Of a stretch of DNA of 64,000 bases, positions 9,652 to 22,820 are shown in pieces. The notes beneath the pieces are model-generated. The model did no database searches. It saw nothing but the letters and a program-made list of their open reading frames with translations, and was not told the DNA's origin. A program made the translations under genes and the position numbers. Each line of letters starts with the position of its first letter. Positions within the stretch are counted from its first letter, which is position 1. Origin of the DNA: Macrostomum lignano (lineage: Eukaryota); NCBI GenBank assembly GCA_002269645.1, contig NIVC01000227.1:637525-701524 (forward strand), written 5' to 3'.

Positions 9652-11459
9652 AGTGTGCAATATTGCCCCTGTCTGTGCTGACATTTGGAGTCTTCTACAT
9701 GGCTGGCTACAGACCATACGGGATTGTGATGGATGATAGAATAATTATCTCCCTTAACGCTCTTAATTCACAGTTATTTTCAGCACATACTACTTGTATC
9801 AGCCTCTTCTGTATAAACAGAGCGGAGATCGAATATCTGAGCTAGAATATCTACAATTTTGCTAAGCTGTGCCAGAAGTACCGGCCTAAGATCTTTATTA
9901 GCTATTCTGCAGTTTCCTTCCATGACTCGATCTCGACCCTGAAATCAGATCTGCATTCACGCAGACTGCCCACTCGACTGTAGGGGTCACGAGGCTGCAA
10001 AAGTTATGGCTCGTGTGCTGATACTTGATGTGGATCACTTTCGCGACAGCCAGACTTTTTAGCTGCAAGTTGCTGGTCGCTGCATGAAGTTATCAGATAG
10101 AAGTACTTTACTGAAGTAAAAGAAGAAAACCATCTGGAAAACCGTTCGCCGTGCCAAAGTTTGAAATTTAAAACTTCCACGCTTGGCAAATCGAGAAAGC
10201 CCCATCTAAAAATAGTGCATATACATTACCTTGAAGTCGAGCCTAAAGTACGTGTGCGGGCATCCAGTACCAGTGTTACAGAAAGAAAAAATGTCTGCAA
10301 ATTTTTATCATCTGTCCCCAACTCCGAACCCATTTCCGAATCCCAAATCCGATTTCTTTAAAGCATATTAAAGACACTACGATAAATATGATAATTCATT
10401 ACCGGCTTTCAGCTCATTTCTAAGAAATACAAGTGTAGCGTCCTTGTAGCGAGTCCTTCGAAAGTCAGATAGTTGGATTGAGCTTAACTTTTTGATTTTT
10501 ATGGCTATTGATTAAAAACAACAGTGAATTTTTTATTAGTAATACTTTCCAACAAACTAACTAGGCCCTAGTTCTTCTAGAATCATAAACCTTTGGCTCA
10601 ATTTTAAGGATGATCCGAAGTCATCTAACTCAATTGAACTCCTCCTTGAACCTTTATTAGTGAGATCTGACTTTGAAATCCGTTTACTTAATTATTTTAG
10701 AAACCATATATGGCAAATGGACAATGAAATTCGAGCATATACACAGTACACAGAATACTATATTTATCCATTCGTTCGGTATCAAAAACGTTTTTTATTT
10801 AAATTTGATTTTTGATTCAACCTATAGGGACGTGACAGGCGGTATACAACATTTCTCTGCTCTTCCCGACATAGATATCGATCCCTTGGGATTCAGTTCC
10901 ATTTCAGCATTCGCCAAGCCATGGTTAATCCCTTCGAAGCCATGCTAGTCATTCGCTCGGTCAAATTTAGATTCGATCCGCACACTCGATTTCAATTAAG
11001 CGCTTCATTGATTATACCGCCGACAAATCTGCGCCTCTACTTGCTGTGAATTTCAACTCAGACACTTGTATCTCGTTCCTTGAGCATAATTAGGGTTTGG
11101 CCATAGACAGCAGAATGCAGAAAGCAATTTGGAAATAGATGCGTCCAATTTGGTATTCTGTGATTTGGTCTGCTCAAGAAACGCTCGTACAAGACAAATG
11201 GAGATATGGCACATACAGGCATAGCCATAGTTAATCATGGTTTTGCCATAGACGATAAAGCACTTTAAATAGAAACACTTGGTATAGTAGATCAATCAGC
11301 GTGCAGAAGCCACGAGTGATTGTTCGGTAATTATCTATGGAAAAGACATGCTGGACAGTTACATTGTAGTAATATTCCTTTTCAACTTCGGATTCGTCAA
11401 AAGTGAGTTTAAATCCGTCGTCAGCGTATGCAAAACTACATAGCGCTCAAGGGGAAGAG

Positions 11460-11890
11460 AATGAGTGTCTATGGTAAATTTTTAGAGAAAGTGACTCCGA
11501 ATTCGTCTAAGTAAGTGAAATTCGTCAGTGCAAATACAGCCTGATCAGAAAAAGTGTTTGCTTTGTCCATGGTTAGAAAAGAAGATGTCTATGGTAAATT
11601 TAAGTAAGAAGGTGAGTGAATTTCGTCTGGAAAAGAAGCCCAATTTCTTGAAATCTTCATTTCATGCTTTGATTGTTGTCAGGGATTCCCTCTAAATAAA
11701 TCCCGGAACCATAGTTGTATTCTATGGTTGAAGTTGGGGATGGGGGTGTGGGGGCGAAGCCCCCACATTCTTACCATAGACAAAATTTCATTAAGAAATT
11801 TCTCGAGTCACGAAGGAAGAGAAGAGAGAAGCTCGCTTATTTAGATACATACAATGGATAAATAATCAGCGGTCCCAGTGCCATAGACAA
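11460..11890. mobile_element. Non-autonomous element related to the Crypton-1 upstream region
   Basis: The reverse complement of 11745-11830 aligns with 1787-1864 (gagctt...aaattgtctatggt...gtgggggct..gcccccacacccc). It has four GTCTATGG/CCATAGAC sites and a dyad AACCATAG-7bp-CTATGGTT (11707-11729). Boundaries are not resolved. Confidence 0.55.
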
Positions 11891-13711
11891 ATCGTTGTCA
11901 CGTGCTGCGACCGCTGATTCTTTGCATTGTTTTTCTGTTTGACGATCCTACAGACAATGCATTGTTTGTAGTAATGGATTGTTCTGCATTAAAAATGTGA
12001 ATAATGATCGTCAAATTGCTAAACAATAATCCTTGCAATATGTCCGGGAAAGTGATCGATTAAATCCCGCAAAATGAAATGTATGTCAGATAACCTCCCT
12101 GAAAGTGAGCTTCAAAGTGGTTAAGGATAGTTAAACAATACTGTCTTCTGCTCAAGGAAAAGGCAGCGGCTGGCAACCAACTAAACCAATGAATCTAGCA
12201 CTTTTATGAAATTTATGCTCAGCTGCATCCATAGAATAAACAGTTACTTTGGCAGCTGATGAGCAATCAAACTTATTTAGTTAAGAGCCTCAGCTTCACT
12301 CTGGAAAAGAAAAGGGCCACAGGATGAGTTGTAGATTGATTGACGCCAGTTCATATCGGATTTGTCGATAGCGTCAATTTTTAGTCGTAGCCAGAGTTGA
12401 ACTTACATCGTATCGCACAGCTGTGTTACTGATCTTTATATGTTTGAATTAAAATGAGGAAGGCCTGCTGACATTGAAGACTGCTGTTTCTGCAACTAGG
12501 TTTCTTCCTTGTGGCAGAAAAAATGGAGCACACAAAGCCACGAAGACACATTTCTCCGTGTATTTACCCTGTGAGAAGCAAGTATAGAAGGGACTACTAT
12601 ATCTCGGACATGGAATAAAAGTAAAAGTGACGATAGACCCCCTTATCACAGGAGCGGACATATACCATAAAACTACAAGTCTGGAGCACGTCATGCAGTT
12701 GTCACAAGGCAGGGTTCGGGTCAGCGTTAGCTCAGCGGTAAACGCGTCTGCAGACTCAAATTGCGGCAATCGTTACGCATCAAAAAGTCGTCCATGAAAC
12801 GTAAGACCTTGTAAAACCATTCTAACGTATCAACTACCATGATATATTGGACGCTGTGTTCTGCACACCATTACCATTATTGTAATAAAAAAGCTTGGTT
12901 CAAACAAATCGGAAAATTTCAATTACCGACGATGAAACACAGAACTGTTTAAATGTGAACCTTTGCCGCCGTTTCAATTGTCTTTCTCAGTATTTCAATA
13001 TTCAGAAAGCGAAGGAAAGCTTTTTGAACTGAGAACTGCTTTGGCAGTGGGGATTAAATGAATGGCAAAGCTTTTTTACATCTTTTTATTAAAGCAATTA
13101 TCTTGATTAGCCTACCATAACCTCAAGTTGTGTATCTTCTACAGCTACGGGTATTGGCTGGTACTTAAAGTTATGGAGTGCCCTAAATACACCAATAGAC
13201 TAATTAGCTGGGTTCAAATTGGACTATAACGTACGAAATAACCCATACCTTGGAGAGCTGGTCACAGAATCCGCCTTTACTAATTAGTTTCCTGGTGAGG
13301 ATAAAATATTAGCCATTATCTTGTCAGGTGCAGACGCCAACGTTCCATCAGACCCATGGTCTAGCTAATTGATTCAACCTCTATACTCTCTTCTCAAGCC
13401 ATATAACCTTTCACAATATGATATGGCAGAAATTGTCGTTTTCTGTCAACGACCTCCCCCATCACGCACTCCTATTAATAGTTATCAATTATCTTATTGA
13501 TGGGTCAGCCCCTCAAAAATATTCAAATTTGTCCATTAATCAGTCTGGACCAAACTATCAGATTCGTACATGCTAACGATTAACTTTGTAAACTATAGCT
13601 TTCCTAACAGCTCATTTCTCTAAGATCTTCAATAACATTTTGATTACTAAAACCTCGATCAAGCATAAAGTTTCCGTGATAGCTCCGTAGCGCTTTTCTT
13701 TGTCCACTGTG

Positions 13712-14330
13712 TACCTATAGAAACCAGAACCCTGTCTGTCTGTGTACAAATTAGATCGCTGTGGAAACTGGAACTGCTCAACCAAATGGCACCAATTTTT
13801 GCACCCACCCTAAACTCACTATACGGACAAGGTTTAGGCTACCTTATTAAAATTTCCTAAATGCAAGACTTCCTACTTGAAAGTGCAAGAAACTGATTTA
13901 AAAGAAGCGATTTTTTCACTTTAACAATTAAACAGTGGTTGAGGAAGACGGCAAACACTAAGACAATAAGACGGTTGTGTAAAAACTAAACTTTATGAAA
14001 AAGTGATACAATATAATCCTAATGAATTAGTCCCATATTGAAAATTTCAATACTTTTACTATTACATAAAAGGCACTTTAAAATTGAAATGCCTCCAAAA
14101 AGTGTATTAGGAAGGTTGCTTGACTGCGATTCAGATCTGCAAGGCAGAAGGGACAGGGCAACGCGGCTGAAGAAAAAAAATCACATAGCACAGAGACAGA
14201 CAACGCAGATCGAGTGCAAGTGCGGTAGAAGGAGAACAAACCCAGAATTTGAAGCCTTTGACCGCAGACAAGATTATTGACATCAGCAGCTGGCGCCAAC
14301 ACTTCCAACAATGCAGAGCTGGAGATACAC
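13712..14330 (+). mobile_element. Helitron-like 5' end, possibly with a decayed ORF start
   Basis: ctgtctgtctgtg...actgctcaaccaaatggcaccaatttttgcac matches the motif at 2286-2460. It is followed by a basic MPPKSVLGRLL...RRDRATRLKKK stretch. The assignment is weak. Confidence 0.35.
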
Positions 14331-15640
14331 AAATTGAGAGCTGCAGTTTATGTGGCTAAGAGGTGACGGCCAACTAGAGGATGCATGGACTTTCACCTGC
14401 AATTGCTGCATTCGGTACGCTCGTAACTTTAGTGCAGGAGCTCAAGGCTAAGTTAAATAACCAGGAGCCAAAGAGAGCCAGGTTTCGTGTCTCAGAAATG
14501 ATGCACGGATATCTGATGTTAATGTTCTCTTTACCTGCCAGTAGGCAGTTGTGCTTTCATTCGCAAATTCGAACGGATGTTTGATCAAATAATTAAAAAA
14601 TAAATTCTGAAGTTTGCCAATTGTGTGCTCTGAGAAACGGCAGAATTCAGATTTTCAGATATAAGGTGGGGTCGTCTGTGAAGACAGAACGAGCTATAGT
14701 GCATTTTATATTTCACGAGTTCTTTTAAAAAAGTTTTAACATTAAAAATCCGTACAGCGTTCACAAAAATTCTAAAAAAGATTAATAGAGATGTGAATGA
14801 CCTTTCAGAGTGACTTGCTTGTCTGTGTGAAGTGCTTAATCTGGTGCATGTAAAATAATAATAATTGTGCGGACTTAAATAGAAGTAACAAGAAGTACAC
14901 AAGTGCAATAAGTCTGATTAATAAATTACTGTAAAAGTCAACAACATAAAGTTTTAACTAACATTTGAGTGTGAGGCTTGCTTAGATAAAAAAGTTATGA
15001 TATAGCATCCGAAATACGACATCAAGACACTGATTGAGAAAGTGCAATAATCAATTAAACCTGAATGTGCAATAACAAAATTCTAAGATTTTAAAATAAA
15101 CCGACGTAGGTCGAAAAGGGTAACATTGTGGCAATCAAAATTTGACCTCGATTCGATTGATTTCACCGCATAAGAATCGTTCACAATATAGTTCTAGCTA
15201 CTCAACGATTTTTCGAATCAAGTCGGGAAAAACTATACTTCAAAGTTGCAAATTACATTATGACGTACATCAGCAAATCATAGAATGTCAACTAAACTGA
15301 CAACGAGAATCTGAATTGCAAAACGAGCTGGAGTCCCGCTGACAAGCAGAGTAAACTTGTATAAAACTGAAACAGAATTTATACGCTGCTGTCAAAGGAT
15401 ATTGCAAGCAAAACAAGAACAATTAATGCATCGATTTCAACACTGTATGGTTATTAGTGAAAGGAAATATAGCAGCTAGTGAATGTAAAAAGAATAGTAA
15501 CGACTACATACATTAGCCATCAAGGACAGGGAGTCTCGCAATGTGACTCAATTAGCGATTAAAAGACTGGTAGAGGAATCGATATTTGATTTTCGTGCTA
15601 TAGCATTGTGGATGATGCTTCAATTGGTGTCACAGGGCTT

Positions 15641-15709
15641 TAACAACATGAAAAACAACAACAACAACAACAACATGAAAAACAACAACAACAACAACAA
15701 CAACAACAA
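15641..15709. repeat. Interrupted (AAC)n microsatellite
   Basis: Direct reading. Confidence 0.95.
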
Positions 15710-16675
15710 GTGGATTGCCACCTGTTGTTGACCACTGGTTTCGGGGTGTTGTTGCTGATAAAATATATGATCCTGAGTGGACGTGTGCGCTGCAGACTTT
15801 AACTATAGACAGCTTGCACTGTACCGCAAGAATACTAAGCATAAGACAGAATGCCAACTTCGCATCTGCAGCTGCAGATGGAGCCAAAAGTGCAGCTTCC
15901 CGGCAGTTTACTTTAAAATACTTTAGAATGTGTGAGTATATACGCAGTTATGATAAATATTCTATACATAGCTTATTTTTCTTTTTTCCGGCTTCAGCTG
16001 CAGTTGCGAAGTTGGCACTCTATCTTATGCTTGATATTTTCTGTTGTACCCAATTCAAAATCATCTACCTCAGAGTGCACCTTCAGAGCTTAAGTATATC
16101 TGCATCTACTTGCATCTGGGATACTCTTAACAGATGGGAGAATTTTAAGTCAAGAAAAGAAGGACTAGCTACTCAAGTAGGAGGGAAACTATACGTTTTT
16201 TAGAAAATTTGAGGAGGCTGCCGCACGTTTGACCAAAAAATACATTGCGGAGATAAGAGGCTTTCATTTTTCAGCACAAAAACTGTAATTACTTCTGATA
16301 GGAGGCAGGGCTTAAATGTTCATTTTCTGATATGTCTTGCCTCTCTTAGCTTTATGGATATTCATAAAGCAATGAATTAATTTTATTGACAAAGCTAATA
16401 CTAATTTTATATCCTAGCTCGTGCGTACATATCCTGTGACTAAAATCATGAAAATGGCACGACTCGTTTCAATGGTTTTATGAACCTACATGTATTTGAA
16501 ACCATTGTGTTGCACATTCAATCATAAATTCAACTTCCCAGAGAATTAAAGTCCAGTTTGTAGATCCCCAAAGCCTCAAAGGGCCAAAAACGTCAGATTT
16601 TTCTAGTTTTATTTTTTTTTGTCTTGCATGGTAAAAGTTACCGAGAAGCTCCGTTTGTCCTTTTACCTTCGAGCC

Positions 16676-17806
16676 TCATCCAGCAGCGGTGGTCCTAATA
16701 TTGTACGCCGTCGTCACCGAGGTGGCCAGGTTGATGCCCGACGACTCCTTCGCTGACGCCTTTCGGCGCCTGCCGCACAGGCCAGCGGTTGCCAGGCAGA
16801 TGGCGCCCCCAATCGTCTGGCAGAAGGCCGTACGAAAGCTTCGTCCAATGAAGTAAGCAAACGGATCGAAAATGCTGTTCAAGAACATGAAGCCCTCCAA
16901 AACTTGATTGCCCAAGTCTAACTGGCTCTCGGTTAGTTGTTTGCTCGGCGACAAGTACCTGGCGCTGTAGCCTTCGTACACAGAGAAGGCCGCCCTGGGC
17001 GCGTGCGTCAGGAAGAACACGAGGTTCATGCCGATCATCGCGGCGCAGGCGCCGACCATTTTGTTGCGCTTCAGGTTGGCCGAGCCGCTGGTCAGGCGGC
17101 TCAACTTGCTGGCCTGAAGCCGAAGCGCAACGGCCACGATGATGCATCCGGATAGAAGAACAAAGAACAGTGCCACCTTTGACACGTAGAACTCGATATT
17201 GTACTGCAGTGGGTCCAAGACGGCCAACAATGCTTCGTCAGTCCTGCTATCGCAGCGGTTGTCAATGTACTCTTGCTCGGCAGACCACAGGGCCGGGTCA
17301 ATGCTGCCTAACAGAAACAGAATGATTAGCATGATGCAGTGGTTGCGTCCAGTCATGATTGTCTTCACTTTCAGCGGCATCACCACGGCTAGGACGCGTT
17401 CAACTGTAAGTCCAACGTGAAAGTACGGCGTTCCATTCAGTATGTACTTGTGGACATAGTTGACAATGTAACACGCGGCCGCGTTTTCGTTCATGAGCTT
17501 CAGAAACGGGGACAGTTTGTAGTTCATTGTGCGCATCAAGTAGATCTGGTAGCAGTTGAAGCCGCCGATTGCCAGCGAAAGCGCGTCGAAGCTGGTAATG
17601 ATCAACATCGTGCGCCTCGATATTTTAGGGAAAGTCTTCGAGTTGAGTAGGATGGTGATGAAGCAGAGAACGTTGACGACTATTCCGAAAACCATTAAAG
17701 TTGGCATCAGCCAAATGACGATGTTAGTGAAGGCCCAGCGCCAGCTGGGAATTTCAAACCAAGGCAGTTCTTCTTCTTCGGCTGTACTATTGCTGCTGTC
17801 GTACAT
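16676..17806 (-). CDS. Class A (rhodopsin-like) GPCR, intronless, peptide-receptor-like orphan, 376 aa
   Basis: Seven hydrophobic segments: TM1 GIVVN, TM2 SFD, TM3 C...LTVERVLAVVMPL (E/DRY-like), ECL2 Cys, TM6 FFLTHAP, TM7 NSIFDPFAY. The N-terminus has a sequon (NST). Confidence 0.9.
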   Translation of the reverse strand: MYDSSNSTAEEEELPWFEIPSWRWAFTNIVIWLMPTLMVFGIVVNVLCFITILLNSKTFPKISRRTMLIITSFDALSLAIGGFNCYQIYLMRTMNYKLSPFLKLMNENAAACYIVNYVHKYILNGTPYFHVGLTVERVLAVVMPLKVKTIMTGRNHCIMLIILFLLGSIDPALWSAEQEYIDNRCDSRTDEALLAVLDPLQYNIEFYVSKVALFFVLLSGCIIVAVALRLQASKLSRLTSGSANLKRNKMVGACAAMIGMNLVFFLTHAPRAAFSVYEGYSARYLSPSKQLTESQLDLGNQVLEGFMFLNSIFDPFAYFIGRSFRTAFCQTIGGAICLATAGLCGRRRKASAKESSGINLATSVTTAYNIRTTAAG

Positions 17807-18170
17807 GACTGAAGCAGGTCGCGTGTAACTCTCTACCTCCTGCGCAAGATTGTTGAAGCGATGATTCGAGTTGACTTCTTAGTTTTAACGACCTAACCTA
17901 ACGAGTCACCTAACCTAACGAGTAACCTAACGATGAGTTTGCATTATCTTTATGAGTTTATCCATAAAGTAGGCTTCGCTAATTTAAATTTAATAGAAGT
18001 CATATTGTCTGATCTTTATGTTTCCTATTTTCAAATGCGGTAAAAGTTAACAGACTCCGAGAGAGCGCAGTTATAGTAAAGTTTTTAGGCTGCTTCTGTT
18101 CAATATAGATGTCACAAATCAAGTTTTATAAAGCTAAGCTCGTGCCATTTGTCTACGACGTAATTGCTTT

Positions 18171-18478
18171 CAGGGGCGTCGCCATGGATTTTATGGTGGG
18201 GGCGGACAAAATCAATAATTCTATATGTTACATAATTACAATCCTCCAAGTATGCATTTTATTTGAGAATCGGTGTTGTAGGACTCATTTTGACAACGCA
18301 GGCACTCATTTTGGCGCCGCAGGCACTCTATTTTGGCTTCCTGAAGCAAAACTTTGATTACCACAACGGGTCACAAGGTGACATGAGGGGGAGACAAAGC
18401 ATTGGCATGTCCCTCCATAGCTTTTACTAGGGAGGCATGTCCTGTCCCCCCCCTGTCCCCCCGGTGGCGACGCCCCTG
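18171..18478 (-). mobile_element. hAT-like MITE, 308 bp
   Basis: TIRs are caggggcgtcgcca ... tggcgacgcccctg. The flanking 8-mers attgcttt and gttgctgt match at 6/8, a possible decayed TSD. Same family as 9116-9651. Confidence 0.75.
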
Positions 18479-19409
18479 GTTGCTGTTTCTGTTGTAGATT
18501 TTGACCTCGTCATTGCAGCATGCGAGGTCACGAATAAATACGACGAGAACTGGAAAATTCAAGTAACAAACTGTCCCCACTCACCCGAGCTTGAAGTGCC
18601 GACTTGACTCTGGATTCGAGTGCAGGGCAGAAAACTGCAAACAGTGTGCAAGCCTACAGAAAATGCGCCTGCTCCCTGGCAGTGTGCGAGTTGTCTCCTC
18701 TGAACCAGACAGCAACAGCAATGCGCGCGTCGATCACTCGGAGCGAGTGTTTTTGGCTTTTTTGGATAGAGCCGCCGAAGCAGTTTTATACTGGGCGAGG
18801 AGCTCAGGACGCGACGCCTCTGATGCTGAACGTTTTTTTTTCACGCGCAAGCTGTCGAACGAACTAATTGGTAATGCGACTAATACCAGAGATAGGGGCA
18901 GAGAGTGACGGATTAAAATCGAGAAAACGACTAAAACAGGACACGATAGTTCGTTGATGTACGCTCGTAGCAAAACCAAATTTTTCTTCTGAGCTCTGCT
19001 CCGGTTTCCATCCATATGCCGCAGATTATTAAATAGCTGTTGGTGACTGTTATTTCCTTCTCCATCTCCCTCTCTCTCATCCGTTCTGGCAGACAGGGCT
19101 CTACCAGTGTGGCCGAGGCGGTCTGCGATTGGTTTGCAGTGGACGAGGGGTGTTGAGGACCGTGTCTAGTGAGTCTTGACGTCCTAAATGGCAATCAGTT
19201 AGCTGGATGTGTAGCCCCGAACACTATGCATTATGTGGGCATCGTTTACCTGATTGTCCAGTAAAAACTCTCGTGGCCAACTTTCAGTTGTACTAATTAG
19301 CAATAAAGCCATGAAAGTGTCCACAAATGTCCACACTGATACATCCTAACTTGTTGCAAATGGACCGTTCCTTGAGTAAATAGCTGCCAGAATCGTGATT
19401 GACATTGAC

Positions 19410-20067
19410 TATACTTTTTTGCGATTGAATTCGTCCAAACTGCAAAAACCTTTCGTCCACAAATGCTTTCTTAATGGGAGCTAAATTTAGATCATACCAT
19501 AGACAACTGTGTTCACGCAAAACGGTTCATCCAGTTTGTAAAACATTTCGTCCCCTAGACTAGAGACCGAGTGTACTGTTCCTACCATAGTTAACACCCA
19601 ATTGACAGTTCGCTTTTGCTACCACTACAGCTACAGCAACGCATTTCTTCCATTCTGAACCCGGCAAAACAGTCGAAGATGAACCGAGGCCTGGCGGATG
19701 CACATTTTGAAGAGAGAGGTCGAAGCTGCACTGCACGTGATTACACAGGAGATGTGCCAGCAATGGACCAATCGCACTGTGGGTTACTACGGCCGCTGTT
19801 TGGACTACGAAGACATTTTGAACTAACATTCTAACAAGAGACACTGTTTTTGCTTTGTTCAATATCTCGTGATATCAAATAAAGTCGCTCCGTTTAGCTG
19901 TTAGCTGTTTGGACGAAGGGTTTTGACGAAATGTTTTACAAACTGGATGAACCGTTTTGCGTGAACACAGTTGTCTATGGTATAATCTAAATTTAGCTCC
20001 CATTAAGAAAGCGTTAGTGGACGAAAGGTTTTGCAGTTTGGACGAATTCAATCGCAAAAAAAGTATA
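19410..20067. mobile_element. MITE-like element with 143-bp terminal inverted repeats
   Basis: 19410-19552 is a near-perfect reverse complement of 19925-20067. Each arm carries CCATAGAC/GTCTATGG. Both ends read TATA, consistent with a TA target site. Confidence 0.85.
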
Positions 20068-20982
20068 TTTGAATAGCCTGCTGACCGCGATCTGCATGAT
20101 GTAGCTGTGTTTTTATGGATTATGTACTATTAGCTATACGCTATTAGGTTTTTACGGTAGCAATCAGGGGGTCTTTTTCGAAACAACGAGCCTAGTGTAA
20201 GTTCTATGGTATGTGCCGTCGTAAGTCAGAACTTTGCGCTTAGCGTAAGACGGGTGGTAAAGCTGTTTCTCGAAGAAAATTTTTAGAGTTCTCGCAACTT
20301 ACGCGGTTCGCAATTCATCGTGAAGCAAAATATGCTGTCTATGGTCAAAGTCGTAGAGTTTAAGATCAACCTTACAAAAGACCATAGACCTACGAACGTT
20401 TCGAGAAACCGCATCTGTCGCAATATTACGACCTGTTAGGCAAACCGTAAGCGTTTTCATCACAACTTACGTCTATGGTCCATCGCAACGATTTCTATTG
20501 TTGGTTTTGGTGGACCGCGAGTCAGTTTGGTTTAAATGCACCACTCGAACTGGTTCCCACTCGATGCGAACGATTCTGTTTTCAATTAGTTTCTTTTTCA
20601 AATTTTCACTCTGCTGCCAATCTCATGTCGTTTAGCGTCGCTTTTCGCTAAAAAAATTATTGCTTATGCCACTCGAGTGCAAAAATATCAACTGCTAACT
20701 GCCAAATTTGGCGTTCGCTGGTGTCCTGCTCTTGTGTCCTAGAGGCTGGTTTTTGAGAGGCCTCAAATAGCTCACTATTTTATTGCACCCTCAACTGAAA
20801 TATTTTCAATATCCTGTTCTCATTTTCTGACAGAGTCTTTTCCACCATCATCATCTCGACAGAGTATTGGATTTTGACAGAATGGCATCACTGATGACAG
20901 TGACTCAGTTAAGTCCTTCCACTTCTCCCAGGGATTTCAACTCGATAATGAGCTTCAATTTTGGGTGTCAATTTTGAAATTG

Positions 20983-22038
20983 CCGGAATTTCTGCATCAT
21001 TCCCGGAATTTCTGCATCCTTCCCGGAATTTCTGCATCATTCCCGGAATTTCTGCATCATTCCCGGAAGTTCTGCATCATTCCCGGAATTTCTGCATCAT
21101 TCCCGGAATTTCTGCATCATTCCCAGAGTTTCTGCATCATTCCCGGAATTTCTGCATCATTCCCGGAATTTTTGCATCATTCCCGGAATTTCTGCATCAT
21201 TCCCGGAATTTCTGCATCATTCCCGGAATTTCTGCATCATTCCCGGAATTTCTGCATCATTCCCGGAATTTCTGCATCATTCCCGGAATTTCTGCATCAT
21301 TCCCGGAATTTCTGCATCATTCCCAGAGTTTCTGCATCATTCCCGGAATTTCTGCATCATTCCCGGAATTTCTGCATCATTCCCAGAGTTTCTGCATCAT
21401 TCCCGGAATTTCTGCATCATTCCCGGAATTTCTGCATCATTCCCGGAATTTCTGCATCATTCCCGGAATTTCTGCATCATTCCCGGAATTTCTGCATCAT
21501 TCCCGGAAGTTCTGCATCATTCCCGGAATTTCTGCATCATTCCCGGAATTTCTGCATCATTCCCAGAGTTTCTGCATCATTCCCGGAATTTCTGCATCAT
21601 TCCCGGAATTTTTGCATCATTCCCGGAATTTCTGCATCATTCCCGGAATTTCTGCATCATTCCCGGAATTTCTGCATCATTCCCGGAATTTCTGCATCAT
21701 TCCCGGAATTTCTGCATCATTCCCGGAATTTCTGCATCATTCCCGGAATTTCTGCATCATTCCCGGAATTTCTGCATCATTCCCGGAATTTCTGCATCAT
21801 TCCCGGAAGTTCTGCATCATTCCCGGAATTTCTGCATCATTCCCGGAATTTCTGCATCATTCCCAGAGTTTCTGCATCATTCCCGGAATTTCTGCATCAT
21901 TCCCGGAATTTCTGCATCATTCCCGGAATTTCTGCATCATTCCCGGAATTTCTGCATCATTCCCGGAATTTCTGCATCATTCCCGGAATTTCTGCATCAT
22001 TCCCGGAATTTCTGCATCATTCCCGGAATTTCTGCATC
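20983..22038. repeat. 20-bp minisatellite (ccggaatttctgcatcattc)n, about 53 copies
   Basis: Direct periodicity. Variant units recur at a 440-bp spacing. Confidence 0.95.
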
Positions 22039-22399
22039 CTCTTCAATTCTTTTAGTTCTTACTTTATACACGCTCGTACAATGCAAGCGTACTTCCATAG
22101 TGACAAGTGAGGTGCCTGAATGAGGTCTACAGGAAGTGATAGAATACGAGCTAAACTACTAAAATTTATAAAGACGGCCAAGAGGAAGTTAAATTAACCG
22201 TCTAGTGACAAATCTTGTTTTATAGATTTACAAAAACTAATCAGACGTACAGCAAATTTGTACTTGAACAGCTGTATACAACGCGTAATTTGAGATTTAG
22301 CCTGTAGGCCACTTGATGAACAAGTAAATCTGTTACACTTAAGGTGTCAGTAGGTCTAATAAGATTAAATATTAGTTGACGGAAGTTCCTTTACAGCTT

Positions 22400-22820
22400 G
22401 CCAGTGCCATTGCGAGAGGCGCCAGAATCAGTGCCATTGTGAGAGGCGCCAGAATCAGTGCCATTGTGAGAGGCACCAGAAACAGTGCCATTGTGAGAGG
22501 CGCCAGAATCAGTGCCATTGGGAGAGGCACCAGAAACAGTGCCATTGAGAGAGGCGCCAGAATTAGTGCTATTGGGAGAGGCACCAGAATCAGTGCCATT
22601 GATAGAGGCACCAGAATCAGTGCCATTGGGAGAGGCACCAGAATCAGTGCCATTGGGAGAGGCACCAGAATCAGTGCCATTGGAGGCACCAGAATCAGTG
22701 CCATTGGAGGCACCAGAATCAGTGCCATGGAAGGCACCAGAATCAGTGACATTGGAGGCGCCAGAATCAGTGCCATTGGAGGCACCAGAATTAGTGTCAT
22801 TGGGAGAGGCGCCAGAATTC
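22400..22820. repeat. 18/21-bp tandem repeat (gaggcaccagaatcagtgccattg...), open in several frames
   Basis: Direct periodicity. Unit lengths are multiples of 3. Coding status is unresolved. Confidence 0.85.

Noticed and set aside
3659-17806. GGQRWNK protein and the GPCR as a ligand-receptor pair
   Set aside because: They are 12 kb apart and separated by repeats. Linkage is not expected for animal peptide-receptor pairs, and nothing in the sequence supports it.
17885-17935. taacctaac repeats as interstitial telomere
   Set aside because: Only three or four degenerate units, not (TTAGGG)n or clean (TTAGG)n.
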